NCBI GenBank assembly: GCA_965214095.1
Contig: OZ243938.1
Coordinates: 4,928,001 to 4,992,000 of the forward strand
From: Candidatus Poribacteria bacterium
GTDB taxonomy: Bacteria; Poribacteria; WGA-4E; WGA-3G
Reading direction: 5' to 3'
DNA: 64,000 nucleotides
The translations under genes and the position numbers were made by a program. Shown here piece after piece: positions 20,841 through 30,458 of the stretch (position 1 is its first letter; each line of letters begins with the position of its first letter). The notes below the pieces were generated by a model that searched no databases, was not told where the DNA came from, and was given only the letters and a program-made list of their open reading frames with translations.

Positions 20841-20964
20841 TAAGCAATATCAAATAATAATCTTCCGATTTTTTCGGCAGATGATGCCACCGAGTTCGTA
20901 GGGACGGGGTTTCCCCGCCCGCTATCAATGGACAATGTGCATATTTAATATTGAAACTTGCTTA
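20841..20964. mobile_element. Small MITE-like element (TAAGCAA...TTGCTTA) containing a GTAG hairpin
   Basis: Short terminal inverted repeat; internal GTAGGGACGGGGTTTCCCCGCCC at 20898. Confidence 0.45.
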
Positions 20965-20986
20965 GCTGCAGTATAATAAAATAAAC

Positions 20987-21526
20987 ATGAAAATTGAAAC
21001 AGCAACATTTGGAGCAGGTTGTTTTTGGTGTGTAGAAGCAGTCTTTCTTCAATTAGAAGGTGTACATAAGGTTATATCTGGATATACTGGCGGAATGACA
21101 GAGGATCCCGATTACCGGTCTATTTGCACGGGTACAACAGGACATGCTGAAGTCATCCAGATTGAGTTTGACCCGGATGTTATCTCCTTCAAAGACCTAT
21201 TGGATGTATTCTGGCACACACACGACCCAACAACTCTAAACAGACAAGGCAACGACACTGGCACACAGTATCGATCTGCAATCTTTTATCATTCCGATTC
21301 ACAACGAAATATAGCAGAAATATCCAAAGCAGAAACAGACAAATCCAATCTATGGAATGATCCAATTGTAACTGAGATAACACCTATTGACGTTTTCTAT
21401 CCTGCTGAGGATTACCACCAAAACTATTTTGAATTGAATCCAACACAACCGTATTGTCAATTCGTGATTCATCCAAAAATGAAGAAATTCACAAAAGATT
21501 TCCAAGACAAACTCAAATCCAACTAA
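20987..21526 (+). CDS. msrA: Peptide-methionine (S)-S-oxide reductase
   Basis: GAGCFWC, SGYTGG, TGHAEV, HDPTTLNRQGND, AEDYHQNY. Confidence 0.96.
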   Translation: MKIETATFGAGCFWCVEAVFLQLEGVHKVISGYTGGMTEDPDYRSICTGTTGHAEVIQIEFDPDVISFKDLLDVFWHTHDPTTLNRQGNDTGTQYRSAIFYHSDSQRNIAEISKAETDKSNLWNDPIVTEITPIDVFYPAEDYHQNYFELNPTQPYCQFVIHPKMKKFTKDFQDKLKSN

Positions 21527-21655
21527 ATTTCAAAAGAACAAGATACCCAATAACACAATGACCGTTCATAGACGCGCAATTTATTGTGCGTCTTACATTT
21601 CTTCTCAATAGAGAGAAGCATCTATAGAAATTGAATAAACTAGGAGGTAACTATA

Positions 21656-23245
21656 TTGAAAACGAAGTATATTATTGTCATATTGATGACTACTATCATT
21701 CTCTATGCATCCACAATTAATTTGAATCCACAAGAAACAGAATCGAACATTTCTGTCAAAGTTGAAACACCACGAAAGGTTACCATAGTCTCGGAAAAGA
21801 CTTACAATGGACATCTACAACCACGTGCGGAAGTCAAAGTATATGCAAATATCTCAGGGAAGATCATTAATCTCAATGCAGTTGCCGGGCAAACCGTAGC
21901 AAAAGGAGATGCACTTGCACAGAGCAGCGCACGACAGGCAAGTATAGCAGCGATTAAGGCAGAAGTCGCATTAAGTGTTGCAAAATCGCAACTGACAACA
22001 ACTGAAGCAAACGCACAAACCCGTGTTGAAACGCAGCTTGTGACTGCAAAAGAGTCGGTCGCAGAAGCAGAAGCAAAACTTGAAGAAACGAAATCTCTTG
22101 CTGAAATGCGAATTCGCAACAAATTGGTAGAGGCAGAATCTGCTTTAAAGGTCGCAGAATCTAACTATGAACGTGCAAAAGTCAGTTCAGAGAAAGGATT
22201 GGAGCGCGCCAAAACAGAGTTTACAAAAACGACCTCTGATTATGAACGTGATAAAGAACTTCACACACAAGAACTCATCAGCGATAGTGCCTACGAAGCA
22301 TCTGAAACTCGCTACAAGTTGGGTAAAAGCAGATATGAAGAAGCAGTCGCCGCAGCAGATCAGTTCAAGGATGGTTCTGCCAAACTAACGGTAGACAAAG
22401 CCAAAGCAGAATTGATTGTGGCACAGAAAATTGTTGAGAGCCGTGGATGGGAACGGGAAATCGCTGCAGCGGAATCAAAGGTCACCCAAGCAAAATCAAA
22501 CCTTGTAACCGCACAAAAACTTGTGGAAGCAAAATCATGGGAACGGGAAATCGCAATTGCAAAATCAGCAGTAAGTGAAGCAGAAGAACAATTGAAACTC
22601 GCTCGCGAACATGTTAGTGATGCTATGGTAACATCTCCTATTGACGGTGTAATCGCCAAAAAACACCTTGAAGTAGGTGAATATGCAAAATCCGCTGCCA
22701 CTCCAGGAGAACCGATTTTCACAGTCGTCGCAATGGATATACTAAAAGCAGTTTGGACAGTACCTATAAGCGACATTAACCTAATAAAAAACGGTAATAT
22801 GGTGCTAATTTCAACGCCTTCAGGCATTCAAAATATCATTGCAACAATTGACTACATAAGTCCTACGGCCAAACAGGGAGAGAATACGGTTGTAGTACAT
22901 GCTACATTACCTCAGTCATTACAATTGTTAGCAAAGAACGATTCCACTACGCCAACCCAGAATAGGGCTTTAAAACCAGGTGTGTCAGCTACTATTTCAA
23001 TCAAAACGGGAGAACGCAAAAACGTATCCTTACTACCGCGTCGTTCTGTTATAAACATCCAGAATGGAAAGGGTTACATATTTGTCGTTGAGGAGAATGT
23101 TGCTCGCTCGAAAGAGGTAAATGTTGGGGGTGTATATGGCAGTGAAATTGAAGTAAATACCCGTCTAACACAAGCATCCCAAGTGATAGTGGACAACCAG
23201 CATCTACTGAAGGATGGCACACCAGTTTCTATAATACACGACTGA
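21656..23245 (+). CDS. Efflux RND periplasmic adaptor (HlyD/MFP) with an extended coiled coil
   Basis: Lipoyl half-motifs (ISGKI...GQTVAKGD; SPIDGVI...EVGEY) around a long helical hairpin; LKPG, VFVV. Confidence 0.8.
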   Translation: MKTKYIIVILMTTIILYASTINLNPQETESNISVKVETPRKVTIVSEKTYNGHLQPRAEVKVYANISGKIINLNAVAGQTVAKGDALAQSSARQASIAAIKAEVALSVAKSQLTTTEANAQTRVETQLVTAKESVAEAEAKLEETKSLAEMRIRNKLVEAESALKVAESNYERAKVSSEKGLERAKTEFTKTTSDYERDKELHTQELISDSAYEASETRYKLGKSRYEEAVAAADQFKDGSAKLTVDKAKAELIVAQKIVESRGWEREIAAAESKVTQAKSNLVTAQKLVEAKSWEREIAIAKSAVSEAEEQLKLAREHVSDAMVTSPIDGVIAKKHLEVGEYAKSAATPGEPIFTVVAMDILKAVWTVPISDINLIKNGNMVLISTPSGIQNIIATIDYISPTAKQGENTVVVHATLPQSLQLLAKNDSTTPTQNRALKPGVSATISIKTGERKNVSLLPRRSVINIQNGKGYIFVVEENVARSKEVNVGGVYGSEIEVNTRLTQASQVIVDNQHLLKDGTPVSIIHD

Positions 23246-23273
23246 AAAAGATAGGGAGATGCATTTGTTGATG

Positions 23274-23888
23274 TTACTCAATATCTTTCCAAGTATTTCG
23301 CTTAACAATAATCCACATTCCAGCTAATGACATCCCATATTCTCTTGAAAGATTATGAAGTGTTTCTCCATCTGCAACTCGTTCATGGATTACTCTGACT
23401 TGTTCTACGTTAACTTTTGCTCCTGATCTCTTTGGACTGGCAACATGTTCTGTTTCGGCACTATCAGTCTCAACAACTTCTGTTTCGTGTTGCGATCCAT
23501 TATTAGTTTTAATTGTATTAAGTTCTCGTTCATGGTTTATATCCTTTTTCTCAACATCTATAATATCAAGTATTTTCTGCCAAAGGTTTTCAACGGAATC
23601 CATACCAAGTTGATAGGAATCACGATTTAATTTCTCTTTTAGTCCTTTGCCTTCGGCGTATATCTTTGAATCCTCCAAATCCTTCTTGTCTTTGTGATTT
23701 AAGAGATTGACTTTTTCCTCTTTTCTCTCAATAAATCCAAGTTCTTCAAAAATAGATAGTCCCGTTTCTATACCAGATTTTTCAAAATCTAATTCATTAT
23801 GCAAAACATTAATATCAATGACACCGTTATATGCTTCAATGAATTCCTTTGTTTCTTTAAACAACTTTCTTAATACATCTTTTTCCAA
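23274..23888 (-). CDS. RecJ C-terminal-like region plus terminal HTH; probably the frameshifted continuation of the upstream ORF
   Basis: GLSIFEELGFIE...KKDLEDSKIY and AKVNVEQVRVI...YGMS...TWK; overlaps the upstream ORF in the -1 frame. Confidence 0.55.
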   Translation of the reverse strand: MEKDVLRKLFKETKEFIEAYNGVIDINVLHNELDFEKSGIETGLSIFEELGFIERKEEKVNLLNHKDKKDLEDSKIYAEGKGLKEKLNRDSYQLGMDSVENLWQKILDIIDVEKKDINHERELNTIKTNNGSQHETEVVETDSAETEHVASPKRSGAKVNVEQVRVIHERVADGETLHNLSREYGMSLAGMWIIVKRNTWKDIE

Positions 23889-25312
23889 TACTTCTGATTT
23901 AATCTTTCAATGATATTTTGAAAATCTTGTGAACTATCATATATTAAATGGATGTATGTGTCTTTGGATGTGAAAGCAGGTTGGCATCGTCTGCTAAATT
24001 CATCTAAACACAAGACTGGATGGCAAATGATAAAGTGATCAACAGAATGTTGTTCTGGTAATGAAGAAATAATTGCGTCTGAGACGATTGCATATAATTC
24101 CCTATTCTCAAGTCTTGTTAACAACTCCTTTTCTTCATCAGCAGTGATGTGTTTGTTGTGAACTCCAATAATGTCTTCTTTTTCATGTCCCATAAATGTC
24201 ATAAATTGTTTGATTTTTTCACTGTCATGAACATAGATTACAGAAGTTCGTTTGGTTTCAAGCAAGTCTATCAGGTATTTCTTTCTATCTGTGTCTCTGC
24301 GATCAATAATGCGGACATCAGAAGCATTGTTGAGAGGTGGAAAAATTGGATTAACCAATGTTTTGAAACGTTGCTCAACATTACTCTTCTCAATCTTTAC
24401 TTCCAAAAGTTGATTCTCAATGGATGTAAGGTTATCCGTGTATTCTTTGTTTTCAATTTCCGTCTTTTCATACTTCTTTTTAAGTGTCTCATACTGTTCT
24501 TCAATACTATTCTTCTCATTTTCAACCTCCTGGAGTTCAGTCATTTTGTTTTTTAGATTCTTATCAGTCTCAAGCCATGCTTCTTCCGCTGCTTTTAAGT
24601 TATCTTCCGCTGTTCTTAAGTCATCCTTTATATTAATGAGATCTTCATCGATTTTTTCCTTATGAAAAAGTGCTTCTTCCAGTTGATTTTTAACATTCTT
24701 CAATTCTACCTTATCTGTATTATGCCGATCCCTCACTTCCTCCAACTGCTCTTCAGATTTTTCAAATTTCCTTTTATATTCTTTCTTTTTAGTTGTTTCT
24801 ATTTCTAATAGTTCTGTTATATCTGAAATCTGCTTTGCAGAATTTTCTGACAAGAATTGATCCCGTATTTTATCAACTTCACTTATTTTCTCAGATCTTT
24901 TGATAACTCTGAGTATGCAAGATATCAGATACAAATATGTTCGAGTAAACTCAAAGTCTAAATCCTTTGATCCACGGTGTTCACAAATATTCCGTCCATC
25001 TCTAATCAACCAAAAAACACTCTGTACAACTAATTTCCAGTCAAACTTCTGTCCAAAAACATTAGACCAATGTTTTTTAATTATCTGAGGAATATGGTTA
25101 ATATCTATTGCAGATCCAACGTCATCATGGTCTTCTAAACCATCATGAAAATTATCTATTTGGTTGTCTTTTAATGCTTCTTCAATCAGATCTTCTACTT
25201 GTTCACCTTTTACTTGTTTTAAGTTATGGACGATATATGGACGCATAGTATCAAGATAAAGGTCATTTGCCTCTCGAATTGCATCACGACAAGGATATTT
25301 TGGCTCGCTCAT
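23870..25312 (-). CDS. Swt1-like HEPN domain, coiled coil and RecJ-C/helicase-like region
   Basis: DINHI...HWSNVF...RNICEH (Rx4H); long E/K heptad region; IIDRR...VIYV. Confidence 0.6.
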   Translation of the reverse strand: MSEPKYPCRDAIREANDLYLDTMRPYIVHNLKQVKGEQVEDLIEEALKDNQIDNFHDGLEDHDDVGSAIDINHIPQIIKKHWSNVFGQKFDWKLVVQSVFWLIRDGRNICEHRGSKDLDFEFTRTYLYLISCILRVIKRSEKISEVDKIRDQFLSENSAKQISDITELLEIETTKKKEYKRKFEKSEEQLEEVRDRHNTDKVELKNVKNQLEEALFHKEKIDEDLINIKDDLRTAEDNLKAAEEAWLETDKNLKNKMTELQEVENEKNSIEEQYETLKKKYEKTEIENKEYTDNLTSIENQLLEVKIEKSNVEQRFKTLVNPIFPPLNNASDVRIIDRRDTDRKKYLIDLLETKRTSVIYVHDSEKIKQFMTFMGHEKEDIIGVHNKHITADEEKELLTRLENRELYAIVSDAIISSLPEQHSVDHFIICHPVLCLDEFSRRCQPAFTSKDTYIHLIYDSSQDFQNIIERLNQKYWKKMY

Positions 25313-25385
25313 GATTCATCTCCAAAATTTATATATTATGTGTTTCGTTAATCTCCTCTACAATTTGCTTGTAAATAGAATTTAC

Positions 25386-26522
25386 TTATTGCTTGTGTAA
25401 AATAAAAACCTGAATGTTTTCCCATTTTCGTTTTGACCTGTGGGTTGCGACACGTCTTTTGATGATAGAGTGGCATTCAAAACCTGTCTCCTCTATGATG
25501 GATTCAAGATTTGTTATTGCCTTAGGTCCGGACGCATCTGCATATCCTAACAACACGATTCCATCAGGTTTTAAGTAGTTGGGAACTTGTTCAAAAAATC
25601 GTTTCAATGTTTGTTGATTTTCGTCGTGGATTGCAAGTTCTGACCTGCTCCTGACACGTGCAACTACCCACGGTGCATTGAATATTATGACATCAAACTG
25701 AGCAGATGGAAACGTATCAAACAGGTCACCTGCCGACATGACATGTATTTTACCTGCATCTGAAAGGTGATGCTGGATGTTCATTTTTGTTGTAGCAACT
25801 GCTTCCGGTAGTATGTCAGATGCATAGATGTCCGCAGCTTTACCAAACTCTTGATGTGCAAGTAGTGTCAAACAACCACTGCCACAACCGACATCTGCTA
25901 TAGTTGAACTTGACTTTGTTAACTTATCCGAGACGGACTGAATTGCTTCTTGAAAACATTCTACAGTTTCCTGAGAACGCGGTGCCAGCACATTTTCAGA
26001 GGCAACAAGGGATGCATTGAGTGCATGAATAGGATAGGTTTCCACAAGTGCACGCTGGAGACGCTGCACTTTTATGACCGATATCAGAAATGGACAATCT
26101 TCGTTAGCATCTGGTTGCTCACCAAGTAACTCCAAGAGATAAGGTAAGTCCGGTGTGGGATCAATTTGGAGTATACCATCTTTATCTACCCAACACATCA
26201 ACTTCGAAAGGGCATTTTCTCTATTCTGTTTTATGTTATCTCGTTTTTCTCGCGATCTGCGCTTTTCATATCGTTTGTTTCTTGTTTCAGTAGAGAGTTC
26301 ATTCTTGTGCTGTTCAATATAGTCCATCACAGAGATAATTTGTTGCCAATCTCCCTCTACAACAGCAACACCACCCCGTTGTATATGTGTGAAAATACGA
26401 CCTAAGTTCTTTAGTTCTTGATTAGGAAATAACTTAACACCACCTCGTGCGAACACCGCTTCACGAAATTCTGTTGGGATATAAAGTTCACCAATTGGAT
26501 TTATAGAATAAAATGCATTCAT
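25386..26522 (-). CDS. Class I SAM-dependent methyltransferase (MTS/HemK-like)
   Basis: DVGCGSG, GDLF, DVIIFNAPW (NPPW-like). Confidence 0.82.
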   Translation of the reverse strand: MNAFYSINPIGELYIPTEFREAVFARGGVKLFPNQELKNLGRIFTHIQRGGVAVVEGDWQQIISVMDYIEQHKNELSTETRNKRYEKRRSREKRDNIKQNRENALSKLMCWVDKDGILQIDPTPDLPYLLELLGEQPDANEDCPFLISVIKVQRLQRALVETYPIHALNASLVASENVLAPRSQETVECFQEAIQSVSDKLTKSSSTIADVGCGSGCLTLLAHQEFGKAADIYASDILPEAVATTKMNIQHHLSDAGKIHVMSAGDLFDTFPSAQFDVIIFNAPWVVARVRSRSELAIHDENQQTLKRFFEQVPNYLKPDGIVLLGYADASGPKAITNLESIIEETGFECHSIIKRRVATHRSKRKWENIQVFILHKQ

Positions 26523-26533
26523 CTAAATATGAT

Positions 26534-27583
26534 TTATTGGATTGCTACGATTTCTCCAGTTCTAACGGATTCTGCTTCTTTGTAACAGAGAAGGAGTGCA
26601 TCTCTGGCACCAACACCAGATAGTGCTGTCGGTTCTTCGTTATTGCTGATTGCATCAACGGCATACTGTATCTCAGCGGTAAAGGCATCAATCGGATCTA
26701 CTTCACCTAAATCCACCTGTTCCACGCTACCATCTTCGGTGATAAGGGTCAACGGCATAGTTGTCGTAGGTTCACCAGCAAGTGTAGAGAAATCAAACAG
26801 GAGCGTTGCTTTCTCAAGGAACATCTCAAATCCGTGCGAAAATGCTCTCCCTTTTTGTGATATTGCTCCTGATGAACAACTGACAGTCAGTTCTTTGTCG
26901 TTGTAGATGTATTGTGTCGTCAAGAAGTCAACGAAATTGCCTCCTGCTATTTTCCCTTGCGAAAACACAGCATCTGGAACACCACAGAGCAATTGGATGA
27001 AATGTGTGTCGTGTATATGTAAGTCAATACCGGGACCACCACTCTTTTCAATGTCGGCTAAATCACGCGACCAACTCGGTTTTGAGATAATCCTCTTGAA
27101 ATGTGCGCCGAGAAGTTCACCGTATTCGCCATTTTCAACAAGTTGTTTTGCATAAGCGTATTCCGCAAAGAATGGGAGCACATGAGCCACCATAAACTCT
27201 TTGTCCGTTTGGTCTGCAAGTGCTACAATTTCATTTGCATCGTCAATGTCAATAGCAATAGGCTTTTCAAGGAGTGTGTGTTTGCCGGCATTTAGTGATG
27301 CCATGCTTACGGACTTATGGAGATGCGTCGGTAGACAGATATCTACAAGATCAATCTCATCGTCTGCAAGGAATTCGTCAATCTGATTGTATGTATTGAT
27401 GTTAGAAAGGTCTTCCATTCCACCACGGGGTCCAAAATTCCCTTGAATACCAGTCCAATCACCTTGTAGTTTTTTCGTGTCACGTGTGCAGATTGCCACC
27501 ACCTCAGCACCAGTTCCGCGTTGAATGCCGTAGTAGTGAATCATCCCCATAAATCCGATCCCGATTATGCCGATTCTTACCAT
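26534..27583 (-). CDS. Gfo/Idh/MocA family oxidoreductase
   Basis: GIIGIGFMG, DICLPTHLH, EKPIA, DLHIHD. Confidence 0.9.
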   Translation of the reverse strand: MVRIGIIGIGFMGMIHYYGIQRGTGAEVVAICTRDTKKLQGDWTGIQGNFGPRGGMEDLSNINTYNQIDEFLADDEIDLVDICLPTHLHKSVSMASLNAGKHTLLEKPIAIDIDDANEIVALADQTDKEFMVAHVLPFFAEYAYAKQLVENGEYGELLGAHFKRIISKPSWSRDLADIEKSGGPGIDLHIHDTHFIQLLCGVPDAVFSQGKIAGGNFVDFLTTQYIYNDKELTVSCSSGAISQKGRAFSHGFEMFLEKATLLFDFSTLAGEPTTTMPLTLITEDGSVEQVDLGEVDPIDAFTAEIQYAVDAISNNEEPTALSGVGARDALLLCYKEAESVRTGEIVAIQ

Positions 27584-27672
27584 TTGTTCTATCCTTGTTT
27601 TATAGAAGAAGGCACAGATGACATATCCTATAGGATAGACACCTGTGCCACCCATGTGTTAGAAAGTTGACG

Positions 27673-28389
27673 TTAATAGTTAGTAACTCTTTGTTTAATA
27701 TTCCCCCATGTAGTTGCGGCTTTATTTTTCGCTGAGACAGCAAGAAGATCGCCGCCCATTGCTTGGTTGATTTCATCCTCGCTGAGTGCACGACTCCATA
27801 TTGCTGCATCGTCAATCATACCGTTTACAAAGGTATATTGTGGCCGGTCTTTTGAACATCCGATCCGTAGGTCTTGGTCGTTGGTACCTGTGAAGTTGAA
27901 CTCTTTCGCTTCTTCAACGGAGAGTTCTCCATCAACATAGATCTTCATTGTGTCCCCATCATAAGTTCCAGCGACAAAATGCCACATTTTTACTTCAAGG
28001 TTATGTGGTTTGTTCAACGTTTGACGGTTCTGGTCTGAACCTAAGAACATATTGAAAGTATTACCATCACCAAAAACACCTATACCGTAGGACGTATGTT
28101 CGCCTCCGTTATGGCAGTTTTTATCGAACCACTGAGCATCTTTGTTCCAGACTTCCATCCAGACCCATGCAGCCATAGTGATTTCACCGCTGATTTTTAA
28201 CTTGTCGTCAGCTGGTACATTCACACAATCCGAACCTTCAGCAGTAATTTTGATTGCCTTGCCATTTTTGCCATCAACATCATCAAAAGTTAAGAAGATA
28301 ACAAGATCGTCTTCAATGGCTGCGAAAACTGATCCGACAGCTATTAACGTTATTATCGCTATGAGCGAGAATACTGTTGACCGTAACAT
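27673..28389 (-). CDS. Secreted LamG-like jellyroll protein with C-terminal TWGNIK tail
   Basis: Signal peptide, ITMAAWV, WHFVAGTYDG, GMIDDAAIWSRALS. Confidence 0.85.
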   Translation of the reverse strand: MLRSTVFSLIAIITLIAVGSVFAAIEDDLVIFLTFDDVDGKNGKAIKITAEGSDCVNVPADDKLKISGEITMAAWVWMEVWNKDAQWFDKNCHNGGEHTSYGIGVFGDGNTFNMFLGSDQNRQTLNKPHNLEVKMWHFVAGTYDGDTMKIYVDGELSVEEAKEFNFTGTNDQDLRIGCSKDRPQYTFVNGMIDDAAIWSRALSEDEINQAMGGDLLAVSAKNKAATTWGNIKQRVTNY

Positions 28390-28667
28390 TGGTATAATCC
28401 TCCAATTTTGAATAATTGTGATTCTTAAGCATTTGTCACTTCAAAAGTTGAGACAATTATAATAACTCAACTTTCATATCTCACATTATATCAAATATTG
28501 AGAATTAGTCAAGATTTGTTGGAGGAATATCAGGATTATTTAGTTTTGATAATTTTCAATCGATGAATGTTACTAAGAGTTTATATCGTAGGTTGTTATA
28601 TTGAAATGTGAAAAATATAGCAGAAATACCGAAAATTAAATAACCCTGAAGTAAAGCAATTTTTCCC

Positions 28668-28696
28668 TTGACATCACTAATTTAATAGGATATAAT
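28668..28696 (+). promoter_or_regulatory. Consensus sigma70 promoter for the DUF1501 operon
   Basis: Exact TTGACA-N17-TATAAT. Confidence 0.75.
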
Positions 28697-28948
28697 TTAG
28701 TAATTCAAGTCGTGAAGTGCGGTTATGAAGGTTTTACGCTACAAATTCCGCATCATTATTAAGGCAAAACCCTCCAATGTAATATGTAAGCAATGTTAGA
28801 ATAGTGAGATAGTTCAACCTGACAAACAAAACTATAAGTGTATACAGGAAACATTTTAGATTATATCTCGTTAGTGACCATAGATCATCATTGTTGTTTA
28901 GTATTCTGTATAAAAAGATAATTGCAAACCAATTTTAGGAGAACAACT

Positions 28949-30262
28949 ATGCCCCAAAGAGACTGCACAAGCACAGACTGCGAAGGTTTTTATCGCAGAG
29001 ACCTTATAAAGGCTGGTGTCCTCGGATTTTTTGGGTTAGGTCTTACAGACTATTTTCGTCTTAAGGCTGATGCACAACCCACTGCTAAACCCGCATCTGC
29101 CAAATCGGTTATTCTTGTCTGGTTAGGTGGCGGTCCAAGTCATCTTGATATGTGGGACCTCAAACCCAATGCACCTGAAGAGATACGTGGTCTGTTCAAA
29201 CCTATTAATACAAACGCCAACGGTATTCAGATTAGTGAACACATGCCAAGGTTGGCAAAACAAGCAGATAAAATGTGTATTGTCCGTTCAATGACATCTC
29301 CTGAAGCTGCACATGAACGCGGCACACATTATATGATCACAGGTTATCAACCATTACCCGGCTTTGCTGTTCCTGGACACGGTTCAGTCGTTGCAGAACT
29401 GAAAGAACAAAGAAGTGCTTTGCCACCTTACATCGCTATTCCCTCACCTGTTGCTTATGCAGGTGGTGGATTCTTAGGTGCATCGCTTGATCCGTTTTCG
29501 CCGGATGGCAACCCTGCCAGCAATAATTTCAAAGTGCGTGATTTACAACCACCGAAAGGTGTCACTTTTGAACGCGTCGAAAATCGGAAGAACTTGCGTC
29601 AAGCAGTTGACAATGCATTCAAGAAATATGAAGCAGGAAATCCGAAGGTTGAAGCAATGGACAACTTCTATAGTGCTGCATACAACCTTATGAGTTCTAA
29701 AGATGCCCGCGCCGCATTTAATCTCTCAAAAGAACCGAAAGAGATGCGCGATGCATATCGACGGGACACTTTCGGACAAAGCTGCCTCCTTGCAAGAAGA
29801 CTCGTTGAAGCTGGTGTTAACTTCGTCACTGTCAGTAACGGTGGTTGGGATAATCATAACAATATCTTCTCCTCACTACCGGGGAAACTCAATGCATTTG
29901 ACCAGACAATGGCAACGCTAATCAATGACCTGTCTCAACGTGGTATGCTTGATAGTACCTTAGTTCTTGCTATGGGTGAGTTCGGTAGAACACCCGTTGT
30001 CAACCGAAATGGTGGACGTGATCATCACTCACGCGTATTCTCAATTATGTTAGCCGGTGGTGGTGTTCAAGGTGGACAGGTAATCGGTGCTTCCGATCCA
30101 TTCGGTATGGAACCTGCTGAAACACCAGTCCGACCCGAAGACTTGTCTGCTACAATCTATCAGAGTCTCGGTATTGACTATAATCAGAGCATTGAATCGC
30201 CTGATGGTGTCCGAATTGTCCTATCACGGGGCGGACGTCCAATCCGAGGTGTCTTGGCTTAG
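28949..30262 (+). CDS. DUF1501 domain protein (Tat-like signal)
   Basis: RRDLIK, GGPSHLDMWDLKP, LLARRLVEAGV, GWDNH, GEFGRTP, GRDH. Confidence 0.92.
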   Translation: MPQRDCTSTDCEGFYRRDLIKAGVLGFFGLGLTDYFRLKADAQPTAKPASAKSVILVWLGGGPSHLDMWDLKPNAPEEIRGLFKPINTNANGIQISEHMPRLAKQADKMCIVRSMTSPEAAHERGTHYMITGYQPLPGFAVPGHGSVVAELKEQRSALPPYIAIPSPVAYAGGGFLGASLDPFSPDGNPASNNFKVRDLQPPKGVTFERVENRKNLRQAVDNAFKKYEAGNPKVEAMDNFYSAAYNLMSSKDARAAFNLSKEPKEMRDAYRRDTFGQSCLLARRLVEAGVNFVTVSNGGWDNHNNIFSSLPGKLNAFDQTMATLINDLSQRGMLDSTLVLAMGEFGRTPVVNRNGGRDHHSRVFSIMLAGGGVQGGQVIGASDPFGMEPAETPVRPEDLSATIYQSLGIDYNQSIESPDGVRIVLSRGGRPIRGVLA

Positions 30263-30284
30263 TCAGTATAAGCATTCATCTATC

Positions 30285-30324
30285 ATAGCGCGGGGTTAAC
30301 GTTGAGTTGTTAACCTCACGCTAT
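30285..30324 (+). terminator. Intergenic stem-loop (mRNA stabiliser or partial terminator)
   Basis: 16-bp stem ATAGCGCGGGGTTAAC/GTTAACCTCACGCTAT with one mismatch; no U-tract. Confidence 0.5.
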
Positions 30325-30458
30325 CTGCTGCTAACTGAGGTTGGGACGTTTTCGCTTGACTTGTAGTAGCATGACTTATGTGTTTCCTACCATATTCCTC
30401 TGCTATTTTCTCATCATTGCTGTCCCTACCTCTACAAACTTAATATTGAGTCGTAAAC

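Noticed and set aside
20987-21526. MsrA as a second selenoprotein
   Set aside because: The active site is encoded by Cys codons (GCFWC) with no in-frame TGA.
28760-28800. c-di-GMP-I riboswitch (GGCAAA motif)
   Set aside because: The downstream GNRA stem and second conserved block are not present.
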